Assembly: GCA_013285585.1 (NCBI GenBank)
Contig: JABDHH010000002.1
Coordinates: forward strand, 8,198-72,197
Source: Chlamydiota bacterium
Lineage (GTDB): Bacteria > Chlamydiota > Chlamydiia > Chlamydiales > SM23-39
DNA length: 64,000 bases
Direction: 5' to 3'
Shown here: positions 22,597 to 31,818 of the stretch, piece after piece
How the letters are laid out: every line of letters starts with the position of its first letter
Position numbering within the stretch: position 1 is the stretch's first letter
The notes under the pieces: generated by a model
Told to the model about the DNA's origin: nothing
Database searches by the model: none
What the model saw: the letters and a program-made list of their open reading frames with translations, nothing else
Program-made: the position numbers and the translations under genes

Positions 22597-23043
22597 ATGA
22601 GCGAAACTTTTCAAAAAAAATCGGACGCGATCAAAAAAATCTTCACCCAGTTGGCATCGGATGAAGATCGTTACAAGGCCTTGATCGAATTGGGACGCCG
22701 CTTGCCGCCATTAGCTCCCGAGTTTAAAATCCCTGAAAATCTCGTTTCGGGCTGCCAAAGCAATCTCTACTTGTCCTCTCGATTGATTAACGGCTTGATG
22801 GTTTTCGAAGCTGCGTCGGACGCCTTGATTTCCTCTGGCCTGGCAGCCCTTCTCCTATCGGTTTATAGTGGAGAATCCCCTGAAACGATCTTGAAAGAGC
22901 CTCCTCAGTTTCTTACCGATCTCGGTATCCATGCCTCTCTTTCTCCTAACCGGTCAAATGGACTGTCTCACATTCATCTGCGCATGAAGAAAGACGCATT
23001 AAAATATTTAGTTTCCTCTAACTCTTTCTTAGCCGTTTTTTAG
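22597..23043 (+). CDS. sufE: SufE-like cysteine desulfuration protein
   Basis: 148 aa. Conserved VSGCQSNLYL active-site Cys context and SDALISSGL. Confidence 0.8.
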   Translation: MSETFQKKSDAIKKIFTQLASDEDRYKALIELGRRLPPLAPEFKIPENLVSGCQSNLYLSSRLINGLMVFEAASDALISSGLAALLLSVYSGESPETILKEPPQFLTDLGIHASLSPNRSNGLSHIHLRMKKDALKYLVSSNSFLAVF

Positions 23044-23099
23044 TGGGAATTTACTTCCGGATCCTCTATCCTTCTTAGAGCAAAACAATTCATATATTT

Positions 23100-23954
23100 A
23101 TGTCTGTACTGATTTCATCTAGACCAGCGCCCTCTCTTCAGTTAAGCCGATATGTGACTGAAATTCCGCAAAAAATGGCCGCTGAGCAGGGGCGTAAAGC
23201 TGTTTTATACAGCTTGGCTTCAAAAGTCTGTGTCGTAGCGTTCATTGCGATCCTCGCTGTCATCCTATCGATCTCTATGGGACTTCTCCCCCCCCTTTCC
23301 CCGGCCCTTACATTCGGCATGATCCTCTCCACCCTCCCGCTGCAGGTAGGCTTTCAATCCTATATGCTTCGTTCGCGAGAATGTTCGACTAAAGCGGGTA
23401 TCGCAGATGAAAAGGCCCAGGAGTTTGCCAGCATTCAGCATTGGGCAAAGCCGCAAATCGAAACATTTTTCAAAAAACATAACCTTTCTATGGAAAAGCT
23501 GCCGATGGACTTGCTGCGCCGGCGCAACCCAAAGGAGCCCCTGCGAGCTCTTCTCCCGGCGATCGCATCCTATAACCATCTATGCAATACAGCTCGGAAG
23601 CACTTTAAAGAACATGAAGAGAATCTCTATAACAGGCTCGAAAATCCCACCTTGCACTATCTAGCAAGGCAAACGGGTTGGCATATCTTGGAATATCAAG
23701 CGATCCCTTCAGCGCTTCAAGCTGCATTCGTTCTGCAGATCATCGCAGATCCGACGATTCAATCGAATCTGGAAGATCTTGGAGCCTGCCATGCGAAAGA
23801 ATTCGATCGGCGTCGTTTCGACCAGTTGCTCGACGGGAATGATGATTGTTTCGTTTTCAAAGATGAAAACCGCGCCCAGCTGACTTTCGGCGCGGTGCAG
23901 CAAATGGTCTCCAAACAAGATTTCGATGGACTAAGACTCAAGCTGTTCTCATAA
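23100..23954 (+). CDS. Hypothetical membrane protein with an Inc-like bilobed hydrophobic domain
   Basis: 284 aa. VCVVAFIAILAVILSISMGLL-PPLSP-ALTFGMILSTLPLQVGF, two TM lobes separated by a short turn, near the N-terminus. The rest is soluble. Confidence 0.5.
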   Translation: MSVLISSRPAPSLQLSRYVTEIPQKMAAEQGRKAVLYSLASKVCVVAFIAILAVILSISMGLLPPLSPALTFGMILSTLPLQVGFQSYMLRSRECSTKAGIADEKAQEFASIQHWAKPQIETFFKKHNLSMEKLPMDLLRRRNPKEPLRALLPAIASYNHLCNTARKHFKEHEENLYNRLENPTLHYLARQTGWHILEYQAIPSALQAAFVLQIIADPTIQSNLEDLGACHAKEFDRRRFDQLLDGNDDCFVFKDENRAQLTFGAVQQMVSKQDFDGLRLKLFS

Positions 23955-24118
23955 CCTGAGTTTTGGGTTCGTTTTCCTCAGAATCAAGAGAGATTTTCGA
24001 GAGAATTGCGCCGATTTTTTCCGAGATCATAGCCGAAGGCGCTATTTTCGAGGAAAAATCGGCGCCAAGATCGCGAAAAAATCCTTGAGTCTGAGTTGGA
24101 TCGAACTCAAAACTCAGG
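23955..24118. repeat. Approx. 164-bp palindromic (MITE-like) element filling the gap between convergent genes
   Basis: Terminal inverted repeats CCTGAGTTTTGGGTTCG / CGAACTCAAAACTCAGG. Internal arms are also self-complementary (GCGCCGATTTTTTCC / GGAAAAATCGGCGCC). Starts 1 nt after one stop codon and overlaps the other. Confidence 0.6.
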
Positions 24119-25298
24119 TTCCGAGAGAATGGAGCTGATCCTGCTCTCCTCCGGTTACTTGGACCTGTCCCTCTGGATGTATGTAGACATCCGATTCTAG
24201 GCGGATACCGAATTCCCCAGGGAAATAGATCCCCGGTTCGATCGAAAAGCAGGTCCCTGGCAGGATGGGCCTATCGTCATGCATCTCAAGGTTGTCGATG
24301 TGAGTGCCGCTTCCATGCAAATGGACCTCGATGCTATGGCCGGTTCTGTGAATAAAATAATCGCCGAAGCCCGCGTCCTTAATGACCTTCCTCACTGCGT
24401 CATCCACTTCGAATCCCATGACCTTTTTTTTCTCTGCAAAGCGGCGTTTCACGAGGTCGATCCCCGCTTTTTGGGCGCTCCGGACGATATCGAATAGGGA
24501 TTTTTGCCGCTCGGTGGGCACCTGCCTTGCGACTGCGACCCGGGTAATGTCTCCGAACACAGCTCCTTCAACCCGTTCCTTCGCCCATAAGTCGATCAGA
24601 AGGAAATCTCCTTTTCGCAATGGACTCGAATCAGTAGGGCGCGTTTCAAAGTGGGGATCGGCGCTGTGGGCATTCACAGCTATGATCGGGAGAGCGTCGG
24701 TGATCAAATTGCGCCGTTCCAGCTCCTTCACGATCTTCTGTTGGATCTTGTATTCGTCTATGGGCTTGTCCTGACTAAGGTGCTCTGAGATCCAATCCCA
24801 CGTCTCTTTGACAATCCGATCTAGGGCCGACGCAGCGCGGATATGGCTTTTCCCCTGCTCGGCATCGATGACGGCCGTGAAATGCGATAAAAACGCTCCC
24901 GAGCTGACAACTTCCGGTCCAAAAGAGCGGACCAGGTCGATCGTTCCGCCGTCCACCTGAGATACATAGGGGTTTCCGTTAGAATATTCCATCGCCACCC
25001 GCTTGGCTCCGGATACGGCCGCCCCGACTTCTTTGCGGAGAGACTGCCAGGAGAGAAACGTTTTTATTTCTCCCGGCCAAGCATCTAAAACATGGGATTC
25101 GATTGCATGGAGGATCTTGATGGGACAGCCTACCGCCGGTATCCAATAAAAAAAGCGTCGGGAGACCATCGCGCGTTCTGGGATTTCGAGAAATAGGTGC
25201 GCTAGGTAGTTGCTTCTATGAAAATCATAGAGCAGCCATCCATCCGCGCCCATTTCTTTTAGATAGTTTTGCGCTTCGCGTACTTTTTTTTCTCTCAT
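24114..25298 (-). CDS. M24 family metallopeptidase (Xaa-Pro aminopeptidase-like)
   Basis: 394 aa. Pita-bread fold motifs DLWA.., HRTGHSIEVHLHG, FSIEPGIY, IRLESDV. Confidence 0.85.
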   Translation of the reverse strand: MREKKVREAQNYLKEMGADGWLLYDFHRSNYLAHLFLEIPERAMVSRRFFYWIPAVGCPIKILHAIESHVLDAWPGEIKTFLSWQSLRKEVGAAVSGAKRVAMEYSNGNPYVSQVDGGTIDLVRSFGPEVVSSGAFLSHFTAVIDAEQGKSHIRAASALDRIVKETWDWISEHLSQDKPIDEYKIQQKIVKELERRNLITDALPIIAVNAHSADPHFETRPTDSSPLRKGDFLLIDLWAKERVEGAVFGDITRVAVARQVPTERQKSLFDIVRSAQKAGIDLVKRRFAEKKKVMGFEVDDAVRKVIKDAGFGDYFIHRTGHSIEVHLHGSGTHIDNLEMHDDRPILPGTCFSIEPGIYFPGEFGIRLESDVYIHPEGQVQVTGGEQDQLHSLGT

Positions 25299-25316
25299 TG
25301 GATTGATTCCTATGGC

Positions 25317-27071
25317 TCATCGGTTAATGCATTGGATGAGCGCCGCTGCGGCAGCGACTCGTAAAATGGGAAACGGCTCACGGAATACCCCCACCAAAAA
25401 GCTGAACGAGCGGGCATTGCCCATGCGCCCTAGAGCTTCCAGAATATGGAGCTTCCGCTCATGGTCTGCTCCCGCATAGGCGCCTTGCAGATCGCTCAAG
25501 ACCGATTCGTCACGGCCCATCATCGCCAATACGAGACATGCTTGCAGACGGATATTGGCATCGCTATCGTCCAAACATCCTCGAACGACTCCGAGGGCCG
25601 ACTCGTCTCCCTCTTGAAGGAGGGTAGCTGCGGCGACGCCGCTGATCCCCCAGGTCCTTTTCTGCAAAAAACTCTTGAGAGCAGCGCTTGCTCTGAGATC
25701 CTCTACGATCGCGAGCAGCGATACCAGACTCAGGCGGGTCATTTGATCGATGGCTTCAGGATAGTTAGGGATATGGTCGATATAGCGGACTTGGCTTGGG
25801 GCCAGAACTTGGAAAAGGGGGTTCGGACGAGTATCCCACATCCACATTCTCTTTTCGCCATTCAAAAATTCATAGATGCAATCGCAGCAAAAGACCGTTT
25901 CGATCCTCTGCCCTAAAAGACCTATGGAAAGGTTGGCTTTTACATAGAGATCGCCCGTTTCGCGGAGAATTTTCAGGGCAAGCTCGGTCCCTCTCCCTCC
26001 CGTGGCTGTCAGCGCAGCCGCCGCTAGCCGCCGATTTTCCGAAAGCGCGTCAATTAGCCAGCTTTCGAGAGCAGGCCCTCCCCATGCAGGATCGACTAGC
26101 ATGGCAGCCCATGCCGCCGTGATCGCCACGGCAGGATGCGGATCTTTGAGCACTCCCTCAAGAGCCTCCATCGCTTCGCTTTTGGAAGCTTTCTCTCGAT
26201 AAACGAGGCCGAACGCGTTCAATGCCGCGATCCGCACATCGGGATGGGGGTCCTGGACGAGTTTTAAAATCTCTTTCTTAGCATCTTCGAGTTCGAAAAA
26301 GGCGGCGATCGAACAGGCCAAATGGCGGATTCCCGCTCGATTGCTCGCTGCCAGCGTCTTGAATTCGGAAAGGGATATGTTTTCGTAAATATTCAAAAGC
26401 GCTTCGATAGCGAGCTGGCGTTCTTCGTAAGTAGCCCGTTCCGACTGGACGATCGCCTGGAGCTTCGGAGCCAGCGATTTCATCTTCAAAACGCCGATCG
26501 CCTTGATGACTTCGAGGCGGACGACCCAGACCCGCTCTTCGTCCATCAAGCGGACGATCTCGTCTTTCAGAGGGGCGTCCTGATAAGAACAAGACATCTG
26601 GACAGCCACGGAGCGGATCACAGCATTGGAGTCCCGCATCATCTTTTGCAAGATCGGCACGGCCCGCACATCACGGGTCAGATAAGCCCCGATCAATGAC
26701 GCCAGCCTTACGCCGTTCTGGGTAGAATCAAGACCTTTTTTTAAAATCCCCCAGGAAAGCTCTTCCATCAAATGGCGGTCTAACAGGAGATCGGGATATT
26801 TGATCGAAAGACGGTTCCACGCGTCGAGGGCTTCCTCTTCCTGCTTTCCCGCGGCCAGGGCTTCGACGAGGATCGACCCGGCGAGCCGTGAATCGGGGTA
26901 CTGCTCGGCCAGGCTAACCGCTTCTTGGAGAGCCGAGGCCGGATCATCGATCAGGAGGTGGGCTTGGACTCTCCTGGCTCCCTCCTCTTCATTGCTGATC
27001 GAAGAGGCGCCTACTAAGAAAATCGCCAAGAGGGGTAGATATCTCATATCTCTTTCCTTATGCCAGATCAT
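25317..27071 (-). CDS. HEAT/PBS-lyase repeat protein with signal peptide
   Basis: 584 aa. Repeated D-x-(D/N/H)-x-x-(V/I)R-x-x-A units (DSNAVIRSVA, DPHPDVRIAAL, DSDANIRLQA). N-terminal hydrophobic leader. Confidence 0.7.
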   Translation of the reverse strand: MIWHKERDMRYLPLLAIFLVGASSISNEEEGARRVQAHLLIDDPASALQEAVSLAEQYPDSRLAGSILVEALAAGKQEEEALDAWNRLSIKYPDLLLDRHLMEELSWGILKKGLDSTQNGVRLASLIGAYLTRDVRAVPILQKMMRDSNAVIRSVAVQMSCSYQDAPLKDEIVRLMDEERVWVVRLEVIKAIGVLKMKSLAPKLQAIVQSERATYEERQLAIEALLNIYENISLSEFKTLAASNRAGIRHLACSIAAFFELEDAKKEILKLVQDPHPDVRIAALNAFGLVYREKASKSEAMEALEGVLKDPHPAVAITAAWAAMLVDPAWGGPALESWLIDALSENRRLAAAALTATGGRGTELALKILRETGDLYVKANLSIGLLGQRIETVFCCDCIYEFLNGEKRMWMWDTRPNPLFQVLAPSQVRYIDHIPNYPEAIDQMTRLSLVSLLAIVEDLRASAALKSFLQKRTWGISGVAAATLLQEGDESALGVVRGCLDDSDANIRLQACLVLAMMGRDESVLSDLQGAYAGADHERKLHILEALGRMGNARSFSFLVGVFREPFPILRVAAAAALIQCINR

Positions 27072-27088
27072 TCCCTTATTATGGAAGA

Positions 27089-27799
27089 ATGGGAATCTCG
27101 ATCTTTACCGGGGAAGGGGCCATGCTACTTCCCCTCTCAGGACGTCTTTTGAGCGCTGCCGATATCGTCGGCACCTCTTGGAATGCGTCATGCTCTCTTT
27201 TTATCATGCCGGGAGGTAGGGACCGGCCTTACCACGCAGCCCTCCAAGGCGAGGGATGCCGCCGGATCCGACAATATGTCGAAAACGGCGGGACCTATCT
27301 TGGCATCTGCGCAGGGGCCTATTTCGCGGCTGAGAGGATCGAATTCGATCCAGGCTTTCCTTTAGAGGTCTGTGAAGATCGAGAACTTGCATTCTTTCGC
27401 GGCGCGGCGGTAGGGCCTGCCTATGGGAATGGATCGTTCGATTACAATAGCCGAAGAGGCGCTCGGGCAGCGAAGCTCAAAACAGAAGAATGTTATTTTC
27501 ATGCTTACTATAACGGCGGCTGCACATTCAAAGGAGACTTGTCGAATTGCCGGATCCTAGCTCGTTACGCCGATCTGCCTGGCGAGCCTCCCGCGATCCT
27601 CGAGTGCCAGGTCGGCAAAGGAAAAGCTTTTCTCAGCGGGGTGCATCTTGAGGCCGCTGCCGAGTCTTTAGACCGCAATGATCCGTTTTTAGCGGAATTC
27701 ATCCCAATCTTGACTGCCTCGGAATCGTCAAGAAGACGCTACTGGGAACAGCTAGTACAGTTTAACAAAAGTTTAGGTTTTTCAGGCCATACTGCCTAA
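27089..27799 (+). CDS. BPL_N / class I glutamine-amidotransferase-like domain protein
   Basis: 236 aa. LFIMPGGRDRPY...IRQYVENGGTYLGICAGAYFA resembles the biotin-protein-ligase N-terminal GATase1-like fold. Confidence 0.5.
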   Translation: MGISIFTGEGAMLLPLSGRLLSAADIVGTSWNASCSLFIMPGGRDRPYHAALQGEGCRRIRQYVENGGTYLGICAGAYFAAERIEFDPGFPLEVCEDRELAFFRGAAVGPAYGNGSFDYNSRRGARAAKLKTEECYFHAYYNGGCTFKGDLSNCRILARYADLPGEPPAILECQVGKGKAFLSGVHLEAAAESLDRNDPFLAEFIPILTASESSRRRYWEQLVQFNKSLGFSGHTA

Positions 27800-28123
27800 G
27801 ATGCGGCCGCCGATCAAATGGAAATGGAGATGGAAGATCATCTGGCCGGCATCCGGACCGTTGTTCGTGAGCAATCGATAGCCGTCGGCAATCCCCTTCT
27901 CGACCGCTATTTTCTGAGCCACTTCTATGATCTCACCGATCAAGGGCAAGTCGTGCGGCTCGACGCGTTGCAGGCTAGGGATCTCTTTTTTCGGCATGAT
28001 GAGGATGTGGACGCGTGCGATCGGATGGATATCCTCGATCGCCAAGATCCGCTCGTTTTCGAATACCTTTTTGCAAGGGATCTTTCCTTGAATGATTTTC
28101 CCAAATACGGTCGTCATAGTCAT
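27782..28123 (-). CDS. HIT family (HinT-like) nucleotide hydrolase
   Basis: 113 aa. Histidine triad HLHFHLIGG. Confidence 0.9.
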   Translation of the reverse strand: MTMTTVFGKIIQGKIPCKKVFENERILAIEDIHPIARVHILIMPKKEIPSLQRVEPHDLPLIGEIIEVAQKIAVEKGIADGYRLLTNNGPDAGQMIFHLHFHLIGGRILGSMA

Positions 28124-28989
28124 GATTGCCTCTTCATAGCGATATGCATGGCTTTGATAGCGTCTTCCTTGGTTTCCCAGATGGAGATGAAGCGTCCTTT
28201 ATGGCAAAAAATCGCGCCGGGGATCCCGCAGACTTTTTTCAGATCTTCTTCATGAAGACCCGCCCAGCTTTCCGGCAAGGGTTTCCTGACCTTCATCCGT
28301 TCATGGAGGCTGGGAGGAATCCCGCGGAGTTTCCAGTGCTTGCCTGCAGGCATGATCACAAATTCGGCCGGATGCAAATCTCCTCCCAGTTCGAAAAAAT
28401 TCTCCATCCAGGGAAGCGGGTGGTCGAAGATAAGGGCATGCTGCGACTGAGCCATGGCAATTTTGACGTCGCTCTCGCAATTGAGCGTATAGAAAAAACG
28501 CTTTTGGAGCCGGTCCAAGTGTCCAACAACGAAATCAATCGCTTGGAAAAACGCAGCTTGCATGACCTCGGGAGTCGATTCATATTCAATGGGGAGGAAA
28601 TTGGAAACGACCTGAGAAAATGACGTGACTCCCGGCTCGGGAGTCGCGCGGCCATTGTCATGCGCGTCGACTCCCATGATGATCACTTTGTTGAGCGTTT
28701 CGTAGAGATGAGGGGAAATCAATTCTTGGTTTTTCAAGTACATAAGAATCATTCCGGCGCTGCTCATCGGCCCTTGATACTCCACCTGATGATGGTCGAA
28801 ACGCCTTTTTTCCAGCTCGTAAACGCCGCCCACATCGCAAACATAATCACAGTTAGCCAGTACATCGGGATCTCTGCTCCGATAAATCTTATCCCGGTCG
28901 ATCCGGTCGAACAAGAGGAGGAGCGAGCAGGCCGTCACTTCATCGGCGTGGAAAGATCCGTCGTGGGTGCCAAAACTTCTTGGAAGCAT
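28120..28989 (-). CDS. MYG1/UPF0160 family metal-dependent hydrolase
   Basis: 289 aa. N-terminal GTHDGSFHADEVTAC and HHQ motifs typical of MYG1. Confidence 0.8.
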   Translation of the reverse strand: MLPRSFGTHDGSFHADEVTACSLLLLFDRIDRDKIYRSRDPDVLANCDYVCDVGGVYELEKRRFDHHQVEYQGPMSSAGMILMYLKNQELISPHLYETLNKVIIMGVDAHDNGRATPEPGVTSFSQVVSNFLPIEYESTPEVMQAAFFQAIDFVVGHLDRLQKRFFYTLNCESDVKIAMAQSQHALIFDHPLPWMENFFELGGDLHPAEFVIMPAGKHWKLRGIPPSLHERMKVRKPLPESWAGLHEEDLKKVCGIPGAIFCHKGRFISIWETKEDAIKAMHIAMKRQS

Positions 28990-29041
28990 AAATTATTCAA
29001 GTGTATGCTCAAGATGAATTTGTCTCAATAGGAGCTTCATC

Positions 29042-29503
29042 ATGCGTCTGACAAGTCTCGCATTCAAAGAAGGGGGCATTATCCCATCGATCTATACTTG
29101 CGAAGGGCAAAATATCAGCCCGCCTCTCGAGATAGGAGACGTGCCGCCGAATGCGAAAAGCTTGTGTCTGATCATGGATGACCCGGATGTTCCCGCGCAC
29201 ATCCGGCCAGAGCGGATGTACGACCATTGGATCGTTTTCAATATCATCCCCCACCATCATAAAATCGCCGAAAAAACAGCGCCTCAAGGCCTTCAAGGGC
29301 GAAATACCGGGGGCAAGAATCAGTATATCGGTCCGTGCCCTCCCGACGGCGAGCACCGTTATTTCTTCAAGCTGTATGCTTTGGACAAAATGCTCGATTT
29401 GCATGTCGGCGCGACCAAACATGAAGTGGAAAGAGCGATGCAAGGTCATATCATCGCTCAATGCCAACTCATGGGCCGCTACGAAAAAGGGAAGGGATAT
29501 TAA
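29042..29503 (+). CDS. YbhB/YbcL family PEBP (Raf kinase inhibitor-like) protein
   Basis: 153 aa. DDPDVP...HW...GPCPPDGEHRYFFKLYALD. Confidence 0.88.
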   Translation: MRLTSLAFKEGGIIPSIYTCEGQNISPPLEIGDVPPNAKSLCLIMDDPDVPAHIRPERMYDHWIVFNIIPHHHKIAEKTAPQGLQGRNTGGKNQYIGPCPPDGEHRYFFKLYALDKMLDLHVGATKHEVERAMQGHIIAQCQLMGRYEKGKGY

Positions 29504-29631
29504 ACGATTTTCGATTCAAATTTTTGGGAGGGATTCTCAACTTTCCACGGCCAAAATAATCCAAAAAAGCGATGAAGCAATCTTGACTGACTACTGGTAG
29601 AGGTTCTTACATTGCGAACACCCTCTGACTC

Positions 29632-31782
29632 GTGTTATGTAAGAAATCAATGGACGGTTATCTTTCTCCCCACTATTACGACCTGGTCACTCCGGACGGC
29701 CATATCGTCGATCTCAAGCGTTTGGATAACAAAAGGCGTGTCGCTACGGTCGCCATCTCCGGAATCTTCCCGGGTTTCGTCGGCTACGAGATCGATCCGC
29801 GCCTTGTGTTTTTCAATTTGAAAAGCACCCTCGCCCAAATTGGAATCGAAGGGATCGGCCGCGAGTTTCACTTAGACAGGAAACACAACCGGGCCGAGGT
29901 CAAAGTCGAGCTCATCCCATACGGCGATATCGCTTCGGCTATGCTGGATCTTCTTCCGGTAGGAGCCTACATCGGAAAACTGTTTGCCGCAGACGACCGA
30001 AGGCGAGTCCGAGATCCCGACTACCTTCTTCGGATGTCTTCCCGTTCCGACCAGGAAGGGCGCCCGCTTCTCTCTCTCGGCGGTCTCGAAGGCAGCCGAG
30101 AGCTGATCTTGGAAAAAAACAACGGCCGCACCGTCGCCTTCCTTTCTCTAAAAGACGGTACCCTCAGCTACGAGCCCGCCCTATTCGGGTTTCTCCCTAC
30201 CCTCGCCAAAGCCCTTCGCAAGAATTTGTCCCACACTCGCCAGCTTCTGCATCTCCACCATCATTGGCAAGCAGGAGCGCCCCGAATAGTACGCGAAAAC
30301 GAGATTCTTCTCGTCCGTACAGCCCCCCTCCATATCCGCACTGTATATGCCCGCGTCGTCAATTATCTGCTCCCTCAAGGCTATCATCACACATCTGCCT
30401 GCGTGCTGCAGCCCGATACGGCTGAATCGGGCGATATTTACGAACTTTACGGCAACAGTCTTCAGGTCATCGACGATCTTCCCCTCGAATTTTACACACT
30501 CGAACCGCACCGCGAGCACGTTTTCTTTTCCGACCGAGACCAACTGATCGCTTTGCTCGAAGATCCGCAAAGCCTTTTCAACGCCTTTGCCACCGCTCCC
30601 GGTCCATCGAGCGTTCTTGCTTCGGTCTTCCTTGTCAAAGGAACTCAGATGCTCGCTCTCCAAGAAAGCGATTGGATCGTTCGCGCCTCCCCCAAACACG
30701 ACTTCCCCGGCCTTATCGATCCATCCCGGCAAGCACTCATAACCGAAAAATATATCGAAAACCAACCCCAATACCCCTTTCTCAAAGCGATCGAAAACGG
30801 CTTCATCACCTCGCAAGGGATCCTTCTTTGCCGCCATTTCCCAACGCCCCTGTTGAAAAGGCTGCTCCTCAACGATCTCGTCGCCCGCTGCCTCAAACGA
30901 ATCTATTTCCAATACCCCTCTTTCTCTCACGACGGATTTTTTTTCCATGAAGACCGTTCTATGCTCCTCGATCTTGCCAAATTCGGCATCCCTGTCTATT
31001 GGGCCGAACCCGATGAGAAAACCCTTCTTCAATTCGTTCTCAGACCTGAAAAAGACGCAGGCCTTTTCGTCCCCATCCCCCTCATCGAGACATTCCGCAA
31101 AGCCACCGTCCTAGGAGTCTACGGATCGAATCTTCAGGAAGGAAGTTTCGGCATCGAGCTGCGCATTCTTCTCGCAGGGCTGCTCGCTATGCGTGCAGAA
31201 GTGGACCATCCTCTTCTTGGCCGCGATACTCCGCTCGCCCTCGTTACCGACGGCGGCCCGGGTGCGATGGAAGTCGGCAACCGCGTAGCGAAAGAACTCG
31301 GCATTCTATCCTGCGCCAACATCGTCGATTTCCGCGCTCGCGATGGCGCCGTCGTGAAAGAACAGCTCCAAAACCGTTATATCGATGCGAAGATGACCTA
31401 CCGCTTAGACCGGCTCGTCGAACGGCAAGCCGAGTTCTGTCTCGACCTACCTATTTTTGTTTCCGGCGGCATCGGCTTGGATTTTGAATATTCTCTGGAA
31501 GAAGTGCGGCGTAAAACTGGCTCAGCGCCAGCGAATCCGATCCTTCTCTACGGCAGCATAGATTATTGGAAGCGCAAAGTTTCTTCCCGATTCCGCTTGA
31601 ACAAAGAGACAGGGACAATCGCCGGCTCGGAATGGATCTCAAATTGTTTTTATTGCATCCAGACAGCCGCGCAAGGACTCGCGATCTACAGAAAATTTTT
31701 CAAAAACGAACTCCCGATAGGCAAGAAAGGCCCCGTATACGAAGATGGTTTTTATGCAATTGCCTCCATTGATCAAAAATAA
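29632..31782 (+). CDS. Large protein with a C-terminal LOG/PpnN-like (TIGR00730-type) nucleotide-binding domain
   Basis: 716 aa. The C-terminal third has VYGS..., TDGGPGAMEVGNRVAKELG and FVSGGIGLDFEYSLE (LOG GGGxGxM / PGGxGTxxE-like). I do not recognise the N-terminal ~450 aa. Confidence 0.55.
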   Translation: MLCKKSMDGYLSPHYYDLVTPDGHIVDLKRLDNKRRVATVAISGIFPGFVGYEIDPRLVFFNLKSTLAQIGIEGIGREFHLDRKHNRAEVKVELIPYGDIASAMLDLLPVGAYIGKLFAADDRRRVRDPDYLLRMSSRSDQEGRPLLSLGGLEGSRELILEKNNGRTVAFLSLKDGTLSYEPALFGFLPTLAKALRKNLSHTRQLLHLHHHWQAGAPRIVRENEILLVRTAPLHIRTVYARVVNYLLPQGYHHTSACVLQPDTAESGDIYELYGNSLQVIDDLPLEFYTLEPHREHVFFSDRDQLIALLEDPQSLFNAFATAPGPSSVLASVFLVKGTQMLALQESDWIVRASPKHDFPGLIDPSRQALITEKYIENQPQYPFLKAIENGFITSQGILLCRHFPTPLLKRLLLNDLVARCLKRIYFQYPSFSHDGFFFHEDRSMLLDLAKFGIPVYWAEPDEKTLLQFVLRPEKDAGLFVPIPLIETFRKATVLGVYGSNLQEGSFGIELRILLAGLLAMRAEVDHPLLGRDTPLALVTDGGPGAMEVGNRVAKELGILSCANIVDFRARDGAVVKEQLQNRYIDAKMTYRLDRLVERQAEFCLDLPIFVSGGIGLDFEYSLEEVRRKTGSAPANPILLYGSIDYWKRKVSSRFRLNKETGTIAGSEWISNCFYCIQTAAQGLAIYRKFFKNELPIGKKGPVYEDGFYAIASIDQK

Positions 31783-31818
31783 TCTTCAGAAGTGCGGGCG
31801 GCTTGCAGTCCTTCGCTC

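Noticed and set aside
30181-31032. 283-aa minus-strand ORF inside the LOG-domain gene
   Set aside because: It is antisense to a 716-aa ORF that carries recognisable LOG motifs. It has no RBS and no motifs of its own.
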